Origin: Octopus bimaculoides
Lineage: Eukaryota
DNA: 54,191 bases
Assembly (NCBI RefSeq): GCF_001194135.2
Contig: NC_069002.1
Span: forward strand, 17,159,359-17,213,549
Direction: 5' to 3'
Position 1 is the stretch's first letter, and the number at the start of each line of letters is the position of its first letter. Below the pieces are notes generated by a model that was not told the origin of the DNA, did not search any database, and worked only from the letters and a program-made list of their open reading frames with translations. Shown piece after piece: positions 10,050 through 22,956 of this stretch. A program made the position numbers and the translations under genes.

Positions 10050-10480
10050 TAAGCTTATCGGAAGCCCTTCTACCTCTCCTTTGGTGACCATCTCATCTCG
10101 TCTACCTTTGGAGTTCAACGGGTGACCCGTACGGATCAGCTCTATTTGCACTGGGTATTGATGATGTTACCAAAATGAGAGCTAACTTGGACTTAAATGT
10201 CTGGTATCTTAATGATGCGGAGTGGGGGGGGGCTCATGATAAGGTCCTTGCAGCCGCGAGGACGATGATTGAAGAACTTGGTCGTAGGGATTTCAGCGTC
10301 AGCAGTACCAAATGCGAGCTCTGGCTCCTCAACCATCCAGCCACATCAGCAGACTGTAAAACCTGTTTACGGTTTCCTTCCCCTCTACCACGGTTCCTCC
10401 CTCATCAGTGTGGTGATTTCTTGGAGCCTCAATTACTGACCGAGCTTTCGAGTCATCTTTCGATCCAAGATGGCTAATCT
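10050..10480 (+). pseudogene. Reverse transcriptase fragment of a CRE/NeSL-like non-LTR element
   Basis: GVQ/GDPYGSALFALGID...LNVWYLNDA...KCELW, i.e. decayed QGDP and WYLDD motifs. Confidence 0.7.
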
Positions 10481-12770
10481 TGACCAATTATTAAAAAAAC
10501 TTTGAAGCAATTGAGTTCCAAGGTGAAAATTATCAAACTTTAAACCTCTATAACTATTTTTAAATTTTTTTCCTGGAAGAAGNNNNNNNNNNCATCCAGC
10601 CACATCAGCAGACTGTAAAACCTGTTTACGGTTTCCTTCCCCTCTACCACGGTTCCTCCCTCATCAGTGTGGTGATTTCTTGGAGCCTCAATTACTGACC
10701 GAGCTTTCGAGTCATCTTTCGATCCAAGATGGCTAATCTTGACCAATTATTAAAAAAACTTTGAAGCAATTGAGTTCCAAGGTGAAAATTATCAAACTTT
10801 AAACCTCTATAACTATTTTTAAATTTTTTTCCTGGAAGAAGTGAAATAACTCCAGCAATTCAGCTTGGAAAACTACAGTAATGTACCAAATTTTAAAATT
10901 TTCAATAAACTTTGATTTTTGAAATCTTGGCAGCCAAACAGAAAAGATCCGAAATTGCTAAGTCATTATTTTTCTCGGGGCTGATGCACTCCCACACGTG
11001 CTCTTATTCCTGCAGTCATCATTCTCTTGTTCAACCTGGTTACTAAAAAGTTCTCCACCATGGTTATACATGGTCACATGGCCTGCTAGAAATAACGACC
11101 AAACCTCCTTCATATTAAGTCCAAAATTTAACTGTCCCACATTGCACAAAGATAGCCCAAAGTTTTTTTTTGGGGGGGGGGGGTTACACACACATGGATG
11201 TATTCGTTTTTTTTTTTTTCTTTTCCTTGTTTTCAATATTTTCATTTCGAAATGTGAGGTGTATACTCTATAGTATTTATTTGATCATGCCAAAAATGCT
11301 ACTGAAAAAAGTTCGTTGCAGAGTAATGAAAAAAGCGTCAGACAGGCACACACACACACACACACACAAACATAGTTTTAAATATAAGGTGATCATATAT
11401 TAAAGCAGGGATGGCCATATATTAGATGATTATTATGTAGAATCTACTCGATGAGAGCTAATCTGGGGTTTAAACAACTAATGCCTCTTTATTTCGGTAT
11501 GCAGACTGGTAGAATCGATAGAGTAATGGAAAGACAAAGTGCTCTTGATCAGAGAGGATAAAATACTAATTAAATACTAGGTATCGATTAAATCGACTAC
11601 ATCTCTCCTTCAAAAATATGCACCCATATTAGAAATTATTTATTTATTATATCAGAAATTATATAAGTTACTGGTTTCTAATTTAGAAATAATATAATTG
11701 AATAAGGAAAACTCGGATTTATCGCATGGAATCAACTTCCTACTTACCCGCAAATACCTTACTTTGGTGGTTCGGAAGAGGAGGAAGCCGTCAACCACCC
11801 ACCCATCCACCCACCCCCGGATATTTTGGAAATTTTTCTTTTTTCATAGAATGAATTACGGCGAGCTCCTAATATGCCACAAAACGCCTTTTTTGTCCGG
11901 AAAATGGAGGTGGGGTGGAACCCTCGGAAACCCACCCCCTAATTTCACACAGAAAGTTACCCCATCCCCGCCCCACCCAAATTTCACAGGGAAAATTTTT
12001 TTTGGCAAATTTTTACACGGGGGTCAGTACTTGTTGGCAAGGGAACCTTTCCAGCAGCACTCGTCCTTTTAGAAATAACAGCCAAATCTCCCTAGCCACA
12101 CTGCACCGTCTTTGTTGAGCAAAACGTACCCGGACGGTATTCTTTCGTTATCTTTAGTGTGTGTGCGCGCGCGCATGTGTGTATGTATGTGTGTATATAT
12201 GTGTGTGTATATATGTATGTGTGTGTATATATATATGTGTGTGCATGCGTGTGGCGATATCAATGCCCTATTTCGGAATCAATGGAACTACCTTTTGGTT
12301 AAACCTCTAATTTTTACAAGTGCACCTTTACCATTAACAAAAATTTTTTTTGCATATTTGTAATCTTCGACATCTCAATAAAACCTAGGAATCTGAAGAA
12401 GTTTTTTTAAAAATGCATTTTTGAAGGTGAAGTGTGAAACTGCATTAGTCCCATTTCTTTACCTATATTTTTAGATAGCATTTTGCAGAAATACCATTTT
12501 GAGAGTGTGGATTACATTAGATTGAAAATTGAAACAAGTTTGAAAAGAATAAGTGAAGATGCTAAAGTTTAGTGCTAACGAAGTCTGGGCAGAATAGATG
12601 AAGAATGATAAACTCTTCTTTAAAAATGTGTGAAACAGCTAAAAGTATATTATTTACATTATTTACATTTGACGGATATTTGTCCTCATCTTTGTTAACA
12701 CAACGTTTCATCAGATGTACTTGTAAAAATTTACCAATTTTTATAGATACAAGACCATACATTTAGGGTC

Positions 12771-13154
12771 GTTGTTGTTGGCATTCCGTCGCTTACGACT
12801 TCGAGGGTTCCTGTTGATCCGATCAACGGAACAGCCTGCTCGTGAAATTAACGTGCAAGTGGCTGAGCACTCCACAGACACGTGTACCCTTAACGTAGTT
12901 CTCGGGGATATTCAGCGTGACACAGTGTGACAAGGCTGACCCTTTGAATTACAGGCACAACAGAAACAGGAAGTAAGAGTGAGAGAAAGTTGTGGTGAAA
13001 GAGTACAGCAGGGTTCGCCACCATCCCCTGCTGGAGCCTCGTGGAGCTTTAGGTGTTTTCGCTCAATAAACACTCACAACACCCGGTCTGGGAATCGAAA
13101 CCGCGATCCTATGACCGCGAGTCCGCTGCCCTAACCACTGGGCCATTGCGCCTC
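12771..13154 (-). mobile_element. tRNA-derived SINE family A, full length
   Basis: Near-identical to 1381-1767; TSD CATTTAGG(G/A)TC at 12760-12770 and 13155-13165. Confidence 0.88.
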
Positions 13155-13797
13155 CATTTAGGATCAAGAAGGGGTTAATTGATTAAATCAACCCCAGTAC
13201 TTTGCTGACAGTTTATTTAGTAATCTTTCGACTGATTATAAAATGAAAAAAGGCAGTGAACTGGCAGAATCGGTAGCACGCTGGGCAAAATGCTTAACGG
13301 CGTTTAGACCGTCTTTACGTTCGGAGTTCAAATTCTGCCGAGATCGACTTTATCTTTCATCCTTTCGGTATCGATAAAACAAGTACCAGTTGAGTACTGG
13401 ACTCGATATAATTAACTTCTTGTTTAGAAACATAATCTCCGTAAAATAATAATAAAATGAAAGCAAAAAAAATTGACTGTGGTAGAAAATCAAAAGTTTG
13501 TTTATTTTTTTTTAATTTGCAAAATTTTGCAAAATTCATTGAAAACATGAATTACAAGAGATTTTGATGGGGACAAAAAGTGCTGTCCCTATTTGACACG
13601 TTCGCCTTCAACCTCGTAATTGACGAAAAACAGTTGACATTAGTATGATTTGGGCATAACTACAGTGAACACAACAACTTCCATCCAGGATTTTCCAATC
13701 CTCAGACCATTCTGCCAAATATGCATCATTTTTTTTTTTTTAAGACGTAAGAAAACAGTAGTATAATATATTAAAAACAAACCACGTTGAAACTTAC

Positions 13798-13802
13798 CCC
13801 AT
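13798..13802 (-). CDS. Putative first coding exon of the nucleoside hydrolase (ATG GG)
   Basis: GATT-ATG-GG|GTAAGT (consensus donor, phase 2). In frame with exon 2237 (MGNKKIIIDTDPG) and with exon 7750 (MGGSYIMRLL). The surrounding DNA retains CpGs. Confidence 0.55.
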
Positions 13803-13985
13803 AATCCGTGCAGGAGTTGTTGATCTATACACACATAAGTGTCTGTGAGGAATGCGTAGCTTTAAGGCGAGAAGTGGTAGATGAAACACTCACACACTGA
13901 CACACACACATGCATATACATACATACATACATGTATGCTATACACCATTTTAAACTTGTTATTATTATCTGTGTACGTGTGTGT

Positions 13986-14064
<79 letters not shown>

Positions 14065-14922
14065 GTCCTATAACTGTTATTCTATCTACTTTTGTAAGGT
14101 CTTCCCTATTGCTGTCACATGTTGAGATTTTAACATTACGTCAAAATTTTCAAATTTAGTATATTAAAATAATTTTCCACGTTAAATCCGATTTTGTTAT
14201 TTATTTGTTCCAGAAAAATTGTANNNNNNNNNNNNNNNNNNNNNNNNNNNNNNNNNNNNNNNNNNNNNNNNNNNNNNNNNNNNNNNNNNNNNNNNNNNNN
14301 NNNNNNNNNNNNNNNNNNNNNNNNNNNNNNNNNNNNNNNNNNNNNNNNNNNNNNNNNNNNNNNNNNNNNNNNNNNNNNNNNNNNNNNNNNNNNNNNNNNN
14401 NNNNNNNNNNNNNNNNNNNNNNNNNNNNNNNNNNNNNNNNNNNNNNNNNNNNNNNNNNNNNNNNNNNNNNNNNNNNNNNNNNNNNNNNNNNNNNNNNNNN
14501 NNNNNNNNNNNNNNNNNNNNNNNNNNNNNNNNNNNNNNNNNNNNNNNNNNNNNNNNNNNNNNNNNNNNNNNNNNNNNNNNNNNNNNNNNNNNNNNNNNNN
14601 NNNNNNNNNNNNNNNNNNNNNNNNNNNNNNNNNNNNNNNNNNNNNNNNNNNNNNNNNNNNNNNNNNNNNNNNNNNNNNNNNNNNNNNNNNNNNNNNNNNN
14701 NNNNNNNNNNNNNNNNNNNNNNNNNNNNNNNNNNNNNNNNNNNNNNNNTCAAAAAAACAATTTGAAAATCCTACACGACTAGGTGAAAAGCGCTTTATTT
14801 AATATGTGACATTAATAAAAATCTGTAAATGTACCAACATCCAGATTTCTGAGTACCTTAATTTTTTTCTATATAATTTCTGTACATCACCTCCAAACCT
14901 TCCAATATATATATATATATAT

Positions 14923-15081
14923 ACACGATGGGCTTCTAGTTTCCGTCTACCAAATCCACTCACTAGGCTTTGGTCGACCTGAGGCTATAGTAGAAGACAC
15001 TTGTCCAAGGTGCCACGCAGTGGGACTGAACCCATAACCATGTGGTTCGTAAGCAAGCTTCTTACCATACAGCCACACCTG
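14923..15081 (-). mobile_element. tRNA-derived SINE family B
   Basis: Head GTGGCTGTATGGTAAGAAGCTTGC...GGGTTCAGTCCC on the minus strand. Homologues at ~26035-26181, 38213-38366, 41779-41923, 42484-42645 (-) and 2292-2392, 33983-34140 (+). Confidence 0.8.
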
Positions 15082-15526
15082 AATAAAGTCATATGAAACG
15101 GTCGAACAGACATGTAAATAATTCAAAAAGGTAAAAAAAAATCCTCAGCAAAGTTTTTTGGCGAAAAATTGCACAAATCTGTCCTGATCAAGAGGCCTAT
15201 CTGTCGGGGAAGGCATTCTGACATGGAATAAATAAAAATTTATATAAGACATTCTATTATAAAAATTGCCTGACAACGGTGGGCTATTCAGCTAGTGTAA
15301 TATATAATATACATAACATGATATATCATAACCCGTCGAACCTGTTTGATTACACTTTCCTTTACACTGTACTAGACGCCTGAAATAAAACCTGAGCTGA
15401 TTCTGATCATAGGATGTTTACTGGATCGAAGTTGCCGAAGGGCATATTTTGACTTAAGACGAAATGGTCACGTTTGCAACGCGTGATGATTACGGCTTAA
15501 ATGATAAAAAAAAGACAGGCGCGAAC

Positions 15527-15926
15527 GGTGCTACTTTCGCGTGCGGTCTACCGCAGTATCCTGTCTACGCTGTGAAATTACTTTTAGCGTGTGGTCTATC
15601 TTTTCCTACCCTTTTACACTTTGGCGTGCACTGCACACATTATACCAGTCATTTACCGTATTGGAAGACTTTCCTGTTAGAGATCGCCAGCTCTAAAATC
15701 TCGCACAAACTCAAATTGCAGTGCAACCTGTTGATGTCCGTATAATGAAAAAAAAAAAAACCGGTTATCTTTCCGAATAGAACGCGAAGTTTGACACCCT
15801 TTTCGAGGAGAGCGAAATATAGGCCGGTATTCTCCATTTCTGTCACGTTTTCGTTTTTCTTGCATGACGCTACCACATCGATGACAAGGTAGGATACTGC
15901 AGTAGACCGCACGCCAAAGTAGCACC
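15527..15926. mobile_element. 400-bp TIR element with a 9-bp TSD (MULE- or Merlin-like MITE)
   Basis: TIR GGTGCTACTTTCGCGTGCGGTCTACCGCAGTATCCT vs AGGATACTGCAGTAGACCGCACGCCAAAGTAGCACC (2 mismatches); flanks GGCGCGAAC / AGCGCGAAC. Confidence 0.75.
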
Positions 15927-17032
15927 AGCGCGAACTTTGGTTTTAGAAAGTATATGTGAGGAATTGATAATAAAGCCAAACTCACGTGCAGCCACTAGAG
16001 AAGATGATATATAATAGTATTGGATAGTATATTATATAAGTAGACGATAGTCTTATGACACACATCACATATATCAACGGGTGATCTGAAATGGATCGGT
16101 ATTAAAAAAAAGACAAAAATAACAATCACTCGGCGGTGACAGCTGTATAAATAATATAAAAGCTGATATAAATGTTGGTTGATCGATTGGGTTCACTTCA
16201 CGCATTACGTTGCATACAGAAAGTGTAACGTGTTCCTCCATCAGAGGTGCTACCCATCCCTGATAACCCATACACTTTGGTTCCACAAAGCACCTAAATC
16301 TCACCTGTAGCTTCAAGTAGCTGTTTGCAACGCCAGCCACACCCTGGCAAATTGCTTCACCAGGCGGGATAAACCTGGTGAGGGGACCCAACGGGTAAGT
16401 AGTTCTTGATGAGTTAGGGTTTGCTTACCTATGCATGCTAAGGCTGGCGGACTCTACAGAAGGAACTTTCATAGATCAACTGAGAAGAAGGCGGTCGCGC
16501 AGCGCATTGTAGAGTGCAAAGATAAGAGAAGCAAGACGTCTTGGTCACTCACTGCATCCGTCTGCATTCCCAATCGTCTTGACTTGGTTTCGACTTGGTT
16601 ATTCATGTCATTATTTTGCATAAACATCAGGATAATTATTTTATGTATGCCGTCATCATCCTTGCACGTGTTCAGTGCACTGCTGGGCGAAGGCCTTAGC
16701 ATGTTCCCTCCACCAATTACAGTCTGATGTTTTCCTCATCCATGTTTGGGTGCCGAAGAATTTGTAGTGGACTTCATTTAGGCTTCGATTTCCTTTAACA
16801 TTTCAACTTTTCCCACGGAGAAACATTAAGTTGACAGCAATAAAATGAAGACATGGCGTTTGCTATGTTGAGTTATGTCTTTGTCACTTCACCCTTCTAA
16901 CCTCTTCTAGCCCATGAAAAAATAACAGAACCTCCAACGAAACCAATTGTTCTCAACAATATGTCTCTCCTTCTAATTAGTTTTGTATAGTTATAATAAA
17001 TACTAGAACTCCGTAAGCCAAAACAAACCACC

Positions 17033-18300
17033 TTGAATGACTATAAGAAAATCATGTCTCCTAGTCGGACAGGGGGAGGGGGTGACGTTGGGATTCTGAT
17101 CCGGAAAAGTTTGGCTCTGCAGACACGTGCAATCTTTGTAAACCCAGAAGGTGGTTCGGTCGTTCTGGATCTGACTTTCAGTGGTAAGGCCTTCAAGTTG
17201 ATCGGTATTTACGCGTCTTGCACAACAGGTAAACGGAATGAGTTCTATCGACGCCTGGAGGATTTTCTCATGACGTCAAAGACAATAGTAATGTTAGGAG
17301 ACTTGAACACTATTCTAGACGCACGCCTAGATAACGTTGGCTCAACCGTTATCTGAAGCGATTTAGGCGGGCAGATCGATTCAGACTCGACAATTCGAGC
17401 GTTCCAATGTGGATTTGGAGTAATACCGACGGATCTCTCAGGTCTTATATAGACAGGATAGTAGTGAATACTAGAGATAGGTCCTCCTTTAGCTGTCCAG
17501 TTACTGGAAGTTGAACAAAACCCTATTGGCTTGCGAAACATACCGTAGCCAGATTAAGGAGTTAGTCATGCGGGCACTCATCGGCACCGTGTTGAATAAC
17601 CATTGGTGGGTTGCCCTCAAAAGAGCCATTCGACTTGAGTCTATTAGAAACCCAACGTGACGTAGATACTACGATAAGGTCTGTGGTAAACGAACAAGGA
17701 CAGAAGATCGACGGACAAGATGTGTAAGACCTTTCAGGAGCATTTCACTGCGTTGTTCAGGAGGGGCGGTACGCTAGACCATGGGGATACCCTTCGTGAT
17801 TTCCTGGCCCGCGGCCCGCGTCTCTCGGAACGTGAGGAGGAGGGCTATGAAGGGCCGATCACGGCTGCGGAGGTCTTAGAGGTGCTTTCCGAGTGCCCCG
17901 GGGACAAGTCGCCGGGACTGAATGGTCTTCCTTACGAACTTTATAAGAGTATGCCAGACTTATTCGGGAACATACTGGCCGGTGTATATGCGAACTGGCA
18001 AGGGGAATGACATTAATAATCGTAGACCCATAACTGAGATGTCGCCCAGGGTGTGGCAAGCCAAAGAGTCGGCCCTGCACAAGGCCATATTCCGATACAA
18101 ATGGAGACACCCAAGTGTGGTGCCGCAGCAGCTAGAGGCGGAAGGGATTACATCTGTGTAGGTTGGAGATGAAGAGTAGGTGAAGCCCCCGAACGCTCGG
18201 TGCACAACACTGTGGGAAAAAGGAAAAGTGACCACGATCAGTACTCTGAATAATGTATCAGTGGATGAAACGCTGCGTCATGTCGTGGATATTCTTTGGC
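17033..18300 (+). pseudogene. Decayed L1/Tx1-like LINE ORF2 (AP endonuclease and start of RT)
   Basis: GDVGILIRK, LIGIYA, MLGDLNTILD (APE); GPITAAEV...DKSPGLNGLPYELY, RRPIT (RT N-terminus); internal deletions. Confidence 0.8.
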
Positions 18301-19018
18301 ATAAGGCCGGAAATTTTGGGGGAGGGGGCCAGTCGATTAGATCGACCCAGTAAGCAACTAGTACTTAATCTATCAATCCCGAAAGGATGAAAGGTAAAGT
18401 CGACCTTGGTAGAATTTGAACTCAGAACGTAAAGACAGACAAAATACTGCTAAGCATTTCGTCCGACGTGCTAACCTTTCTGCCAGCTCGCTGCCTTGAT
18501 GTCCTGGATATTTGATGGGTGATTGGCTCTTCCGATGACGAAGGGGAGGAAGAAGGCGGCCCCGTGAGATCTTTAAGGGAACGTCGCTCCCTCCCCCAGG
18601 TAGATGGACGACTACGAGGCAGAACAGGAGAGCAGTGATCTTTAGATCAGGAGAAGGCGCGTGGGGGAAGGAAGACCGAAAGGAGGGAGAGATGACGTCA
18701 CGTCGGCGAGTGAGAAGAAAATATTCCCTCTTTTTCATGCTATCTGCGACAGAGGCGAGAGGTGACAAGTGTTATGAATTGAACAATCTGTCTGCGGTAC
18801 CCGTTTTGTAAGTCGTGGTAAGAACGACTTTATTTATATGCCTTCAAACTACAAAAATTGGCACGACGATATGAAAATGTGTCTAATCCTAACAACACTA
18901 GCTGCAGGAGAACATGAGCGTTACAGCAATTACGTACTCCTGAAAAAAAAACCTTCTGACATAAACTTTAAAAATACAATGAACATACTGTGTAAAATTT
19001 TTAGCGAGAAGAGCTCGT

Positions 19019-19639
19019 GGATCTATTTCAAAACGGGGGCACCAGTATTTTCTTAACGAACCACTAACGAAACTTGGGACACTGGTAGAATGTGTCATAT
19101 AAAACATCTTTTACTCTTAGTCTTCTTAACAAAAAAACGTACATCGCAAGTTATTCCATGTTAAAGTTGTCGTATTTCTGTAATTTCAACCAATCACTGA
19201 CGTCTATTCAGCTGAATAGAGTTACTGCTGGGCGGTCATAAAAATGTTATTCCCTGTGACATATTCCATTCGGTTTAATCGTAATTTATAAGCATATATT
19301 GTTTATATAATAAATTACGCTGTGCGTATCTATGTGTGTAACAATTTTAGAGTTCGGATTCTAGAGTTAGGGTTAGGGTTAACAGTCTAGTTAGGGTTAG
19401 GGGATTAATACGATATACACCGTTACAGCGCTAACTGTTTTCAACTGAATAGACGTCAGTGATTAGTAGAAATTATCGAAATAAGACAATTTTTTACATG
19501 AAATAAATTCGAATACAAACATTTTTTTCTGTTCTATAATACAAAATAGATAAGTATACGAAGTTTGAAAGTCTTTCGGTACCAAAAACACTACATAAAA
19601 CATAAATGAAAACTGGTGCCCCCGTTTTCAAATAGATCC
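19019..19639. mobile_element. Small TIR element inside the Gypsy gag remnant, itself carrying an insertion
   Basis: GGATCTATTTCAAAACGGGGGCACCAGT (from 19019) vs ACTGGTGCCCCCGTTTTCAAATAGATCC (to 19639), one mismatch. Confidence 0.7.
19108..19594. mobile_element. Element with subterminal inverted repeats and a TTAGGG tract
   Basis: AATCACTGACGTCTATTCAG (~19190-19210) vs CTGAATAGACGTCAGTGATT (~19446-19465); TTAGGG repeats ~19367-19402; direct repeat ATAAAACAT at 19099-19107 and 19595-19603. Confidence 0.6.
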
Positions 19640-20635
19640 GCTAGTAGAGTTAACAGAGAATGTGGAAAGTTCAAACTGGACGAATTAACGCCAAATATAT
19701 TCAAGTGTTTCATATTTACTCAGGGACTAATTGCAGAAAAGGATGCAGAAGTACGAACAAGAATTCTCGCTAAGCTGAAACAAAGCCAAGCTGTAACCTA
19801 ACTACAAGTGTCAGTAAAGTGTGAAAGAATAGTAAGTTTTAAGACACGAACAGAGAAAATTGGACATAAAGATTGCTCCCAAGTGAAACAGGTAAATTTT
19901 CAGAAAATAGAATAAACAAGATGCCATCGAAAGAAAATGGTAATGTGACAGAGAAAATTCGTAAATAGGAAAATTGAAAATATAAGAGTTAAAATGCAGT
20001 TAGATACTGGAAGTGATATTACCATTGTGAATGAAGAATCTTGGAAGTATATTGGTAAGCCAAAATTAAGTAAATCTATAAAAGTAGCACATGGTGTTAT
20101 TGGTAAAAGATTGTATTTTGTAGGTGAATTTGTGTGTAACGTGACATTTCGTTTTTTTTTATTACCCACAAGGGGCTAAATATAGAGATTTATACAATAC
20201 AAAAGACAGATCGCCAATCGGAGAAATAAAAGTACAGGATAATCGAGCAACGAAGAAAAAATAAAAGAAATGAATGAAATTATGAACAATGATAAATGAG
20301 GCGCAATGTCCATTCGACCCTCAAAGTCGAGTGATTACGTTTAGACATGATTTTGGACAGTTTTTCCTCGGTTTTTTTTTTTTTTCCAAAACAAAAAGTT
20401 CACATTTTCATCTTCATCATTTTTTTATATTGTTCATACTACGTTTAATATTCTTTCTAGAAAATTTTCAAATTCTGCATGTCCCACCACGGGCGGCATT
20501 GCATTATACAACACCGGGCCGTCAATCATTGTCATCTGTTCTCGATAAGAACCCATGAACCTCGTATCTCTCGTCGTTCAGCAGAACACATCTTTGACAC
20601 TCCTTGAATTCCTCCCTGAGCAGCTTCACCCTTAT

Positions 20636-22956
20636 CAGTGGTTCTCAACTTGTTTGAGATCAGAGCACACTTGAACCCCTACAAATAATTGTGGGCGCAC
20701 CATATACAAATCTCTAAAGTAAATAACACATACCTTAAGATTCTTCATTCTTTAGTTCATGGGAAACATTAGCTCGATGTATCTTGGCAATTTCTTCAAT
20801 GTTTGGGTATATGTTTGAAAGACAAACTCTAAGTTTTTCATCAATGCATGTAAGTGTTCCTCGTTTTTAGTACTTGATAGTAGAAAGAGTGGAAAATCCC
20901 AATTCACATAGATATGAAGTTGAAAATTGCAGCAAAATTGTAATAGATTTTTTTAGAAATCAAAACATATTCATCTTTTACAAAAATCCAGAAAGCCTCA
21001 AGTGACAGTTCCTTATGTTTCATCATTAATCCATGGTCAGTAGATATAGCAGCAAGTTCCTCCTCTTCTATCAATGTTAATTTGAAATCATTGGGAGTTT
21101 CCACGAATGGGTTTCTGATCCAGTCATATTGTTCAGTTTTCAGTGATGGGAAATACGAACTCAATTTTTCTTCTAAACTTGCTAAATGGTCAACTATTAA
21201 CAGAAGTCTTTCATTTATGCCTGTTTCACTTTGATTTAACAATTCCCTTCGACAGCTTTTTGTTTCCAAATCTTAAGTTTTCTTTGGAAAGCTTTCATTT
21301 TGTCAGTGCACATTAGAATGTTTTCTTCTTTCCCTTGCATGCTAGTATTTAAAATAATGAGCTGCTGAAATATATCAACCAAATACTGTAACCTGGCAAT
21401 CCAAAATTCGGAATGAAGAAGGTCACAAAAATTAGATTGTTTCATTTCTTCAAAGAACGCAAGAAGTTCGTGTCATAGCTCGTGTACACGGGTAAATACT
21501 TTTCCTCTTGACAGCCACCTTACTTCGGTGTGTAAAGGCAGCCGTTTGTGTTGAGAATCCAAATCGGTACAAAACTGTTCAAATATACGAGATTTGACAG
21601 GTCTTGTTTTAATAAAGTTTACCACCTGAACAACTTGATCTAAAACTTCTTTTAATTCCTCTCCTAATGTTTTTGTCATCAAGACTTCTCTATGAAGAAA
21701 GCAGTGAGTAACGATAACATTCACATTTTTTTTTTCTTACAAAAGCTGTGAGACCCTTAACACAGCCTACCATAGAAGGGGCTCCATCTGTACAAATACC
21801 CACACATGATTTCCATGATAACTGCCATTTATCGAAGTATGTATTCAGAATGTTGAAAACGTCCTCTCATTTTGTAGTGACACTTAATTCATTGCAAAAA
21901 AGAAACTGATTTGCTATTTGATCTTCATTGATAAAACAAATGAATGTTAAGAGTTGCACTTTGTTGGTGATGTCTTTTGACTCCTCAACTTACAATGAAA
22001 AAGGTGAATACTTGAATTTATTACTACATACATTTTTCTTGATATCAGAAGACATTTCTAAAATGCGCCTATGAACTGTATCGTTGGACAGTGGAATCTT
22101 GCTTATTTCTTTTGCTACTTCATTCCCAAGTATTGTCGAGACGACCTTTTTACACACAGGCAAAATGAGTGACTCGCCTATAGTATGAGCTTTCATATTT
22201 TGTGCTATCAGTCCTGAGACTTGGTAGGAAGCGATTTGAGCTTTCTCAGAGACAGTCATTTTATTTATGAAAGAATTTGCCACTTTAGTTTGCTGTTCAG
22301 ACAATCTCTTAAAATAATTTGTAGATTTATCTTGTAAATGAGGATGCTTATTTTTTAAATGTTTGCTCAGTTTACCAGGAAGCAATGATTCATTTGACAT
22401 TTTATTTCCACGAGCTAAACATAGCAGCAAAGGATGGTCTTCACTTCCAGTCCATGTGAAACCAAAGCTTAAATAACTTACATCATACTTGCGAGTAGGC
22501 CGTGGTTTCAGTTTCTTATTTGAGCAGCTTACTTCACTTAAGTTTTGCTCACTTCCAGGTTCACGTTCATCAATATCACGCTTCTTTTTAATAAGACACC
22601 TATCCATTTTGTATGGGTGTACTTTTTTGCAAGTGAAAATAACAACACTTTCACTCTGAACCCCAGTTTAACACAATAGAAACATCATGTATGATACCAC
22701 CGCCTGCAAGTGCCACACTGCTGCACGCTTGGCTGTTGCAGAGTCATTCAAAACGTGTTCGCAATGTGTACCGAACCTGCTTGCAGGCATGAAGCTAGCT
22801 ATTCATTGCAAAGAAGAGTGCTGTTATAATTTTGAGTTGATGGAAATACCGGTATATCTGTAAGGTATAACATAAGAAAGTATCTATGCATTTACTTCTT
22901 TATATCTGAATGCACGTCTTTGGAAAATCTCATGGCGCACCTTTTGAGAACCACTG
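20636..22956 (-). mobile_element. hAT (Charlie/Buster, ZBED5-like) transposon with a disrupted transposase
   Basis: TIRs CAGTGGTTCTCAA / TTGAGAACCACTG. ORF from 22607: YLSFGFT...KLSKHLKNKHP, HTIGESLILP, PLSNDTVHRRI, HCFLHRE, HTEVRWLSRGK; several stops and frameshifts. Confidence 0.93.

Larger units (their letters stand above)
18770..20150 (+). pseudogene. Gypsy-like LTR retrotransposon gag-protease remnant, interrupted by nested TIR elements
   Basis: Gag-like pieces (HERYSNYVL...KIFSEKSS; VNRECGKFKLDELT...KCFIFTQGL...VRTRIL) and aspartic protease QLDTGSDITIV at 19994-20030. Confidence 0.75.

Noticed and set aside
10334-10841. Exact 249-bp tandem duplication
   Set aside because: Identical copies flank a 10-N gap: an assembly artefact. 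The same applies at 40441-40523.
16429-16472. Another phase-2 donor (ATGCATAG|GTAAGC) that could serve as a hydrolase first exon
   Set aside because: It lies in repeat-like sequence and gives no meaningful peptide; the 13798 and 7661 candidates fit better. Not excluded without RNA data.
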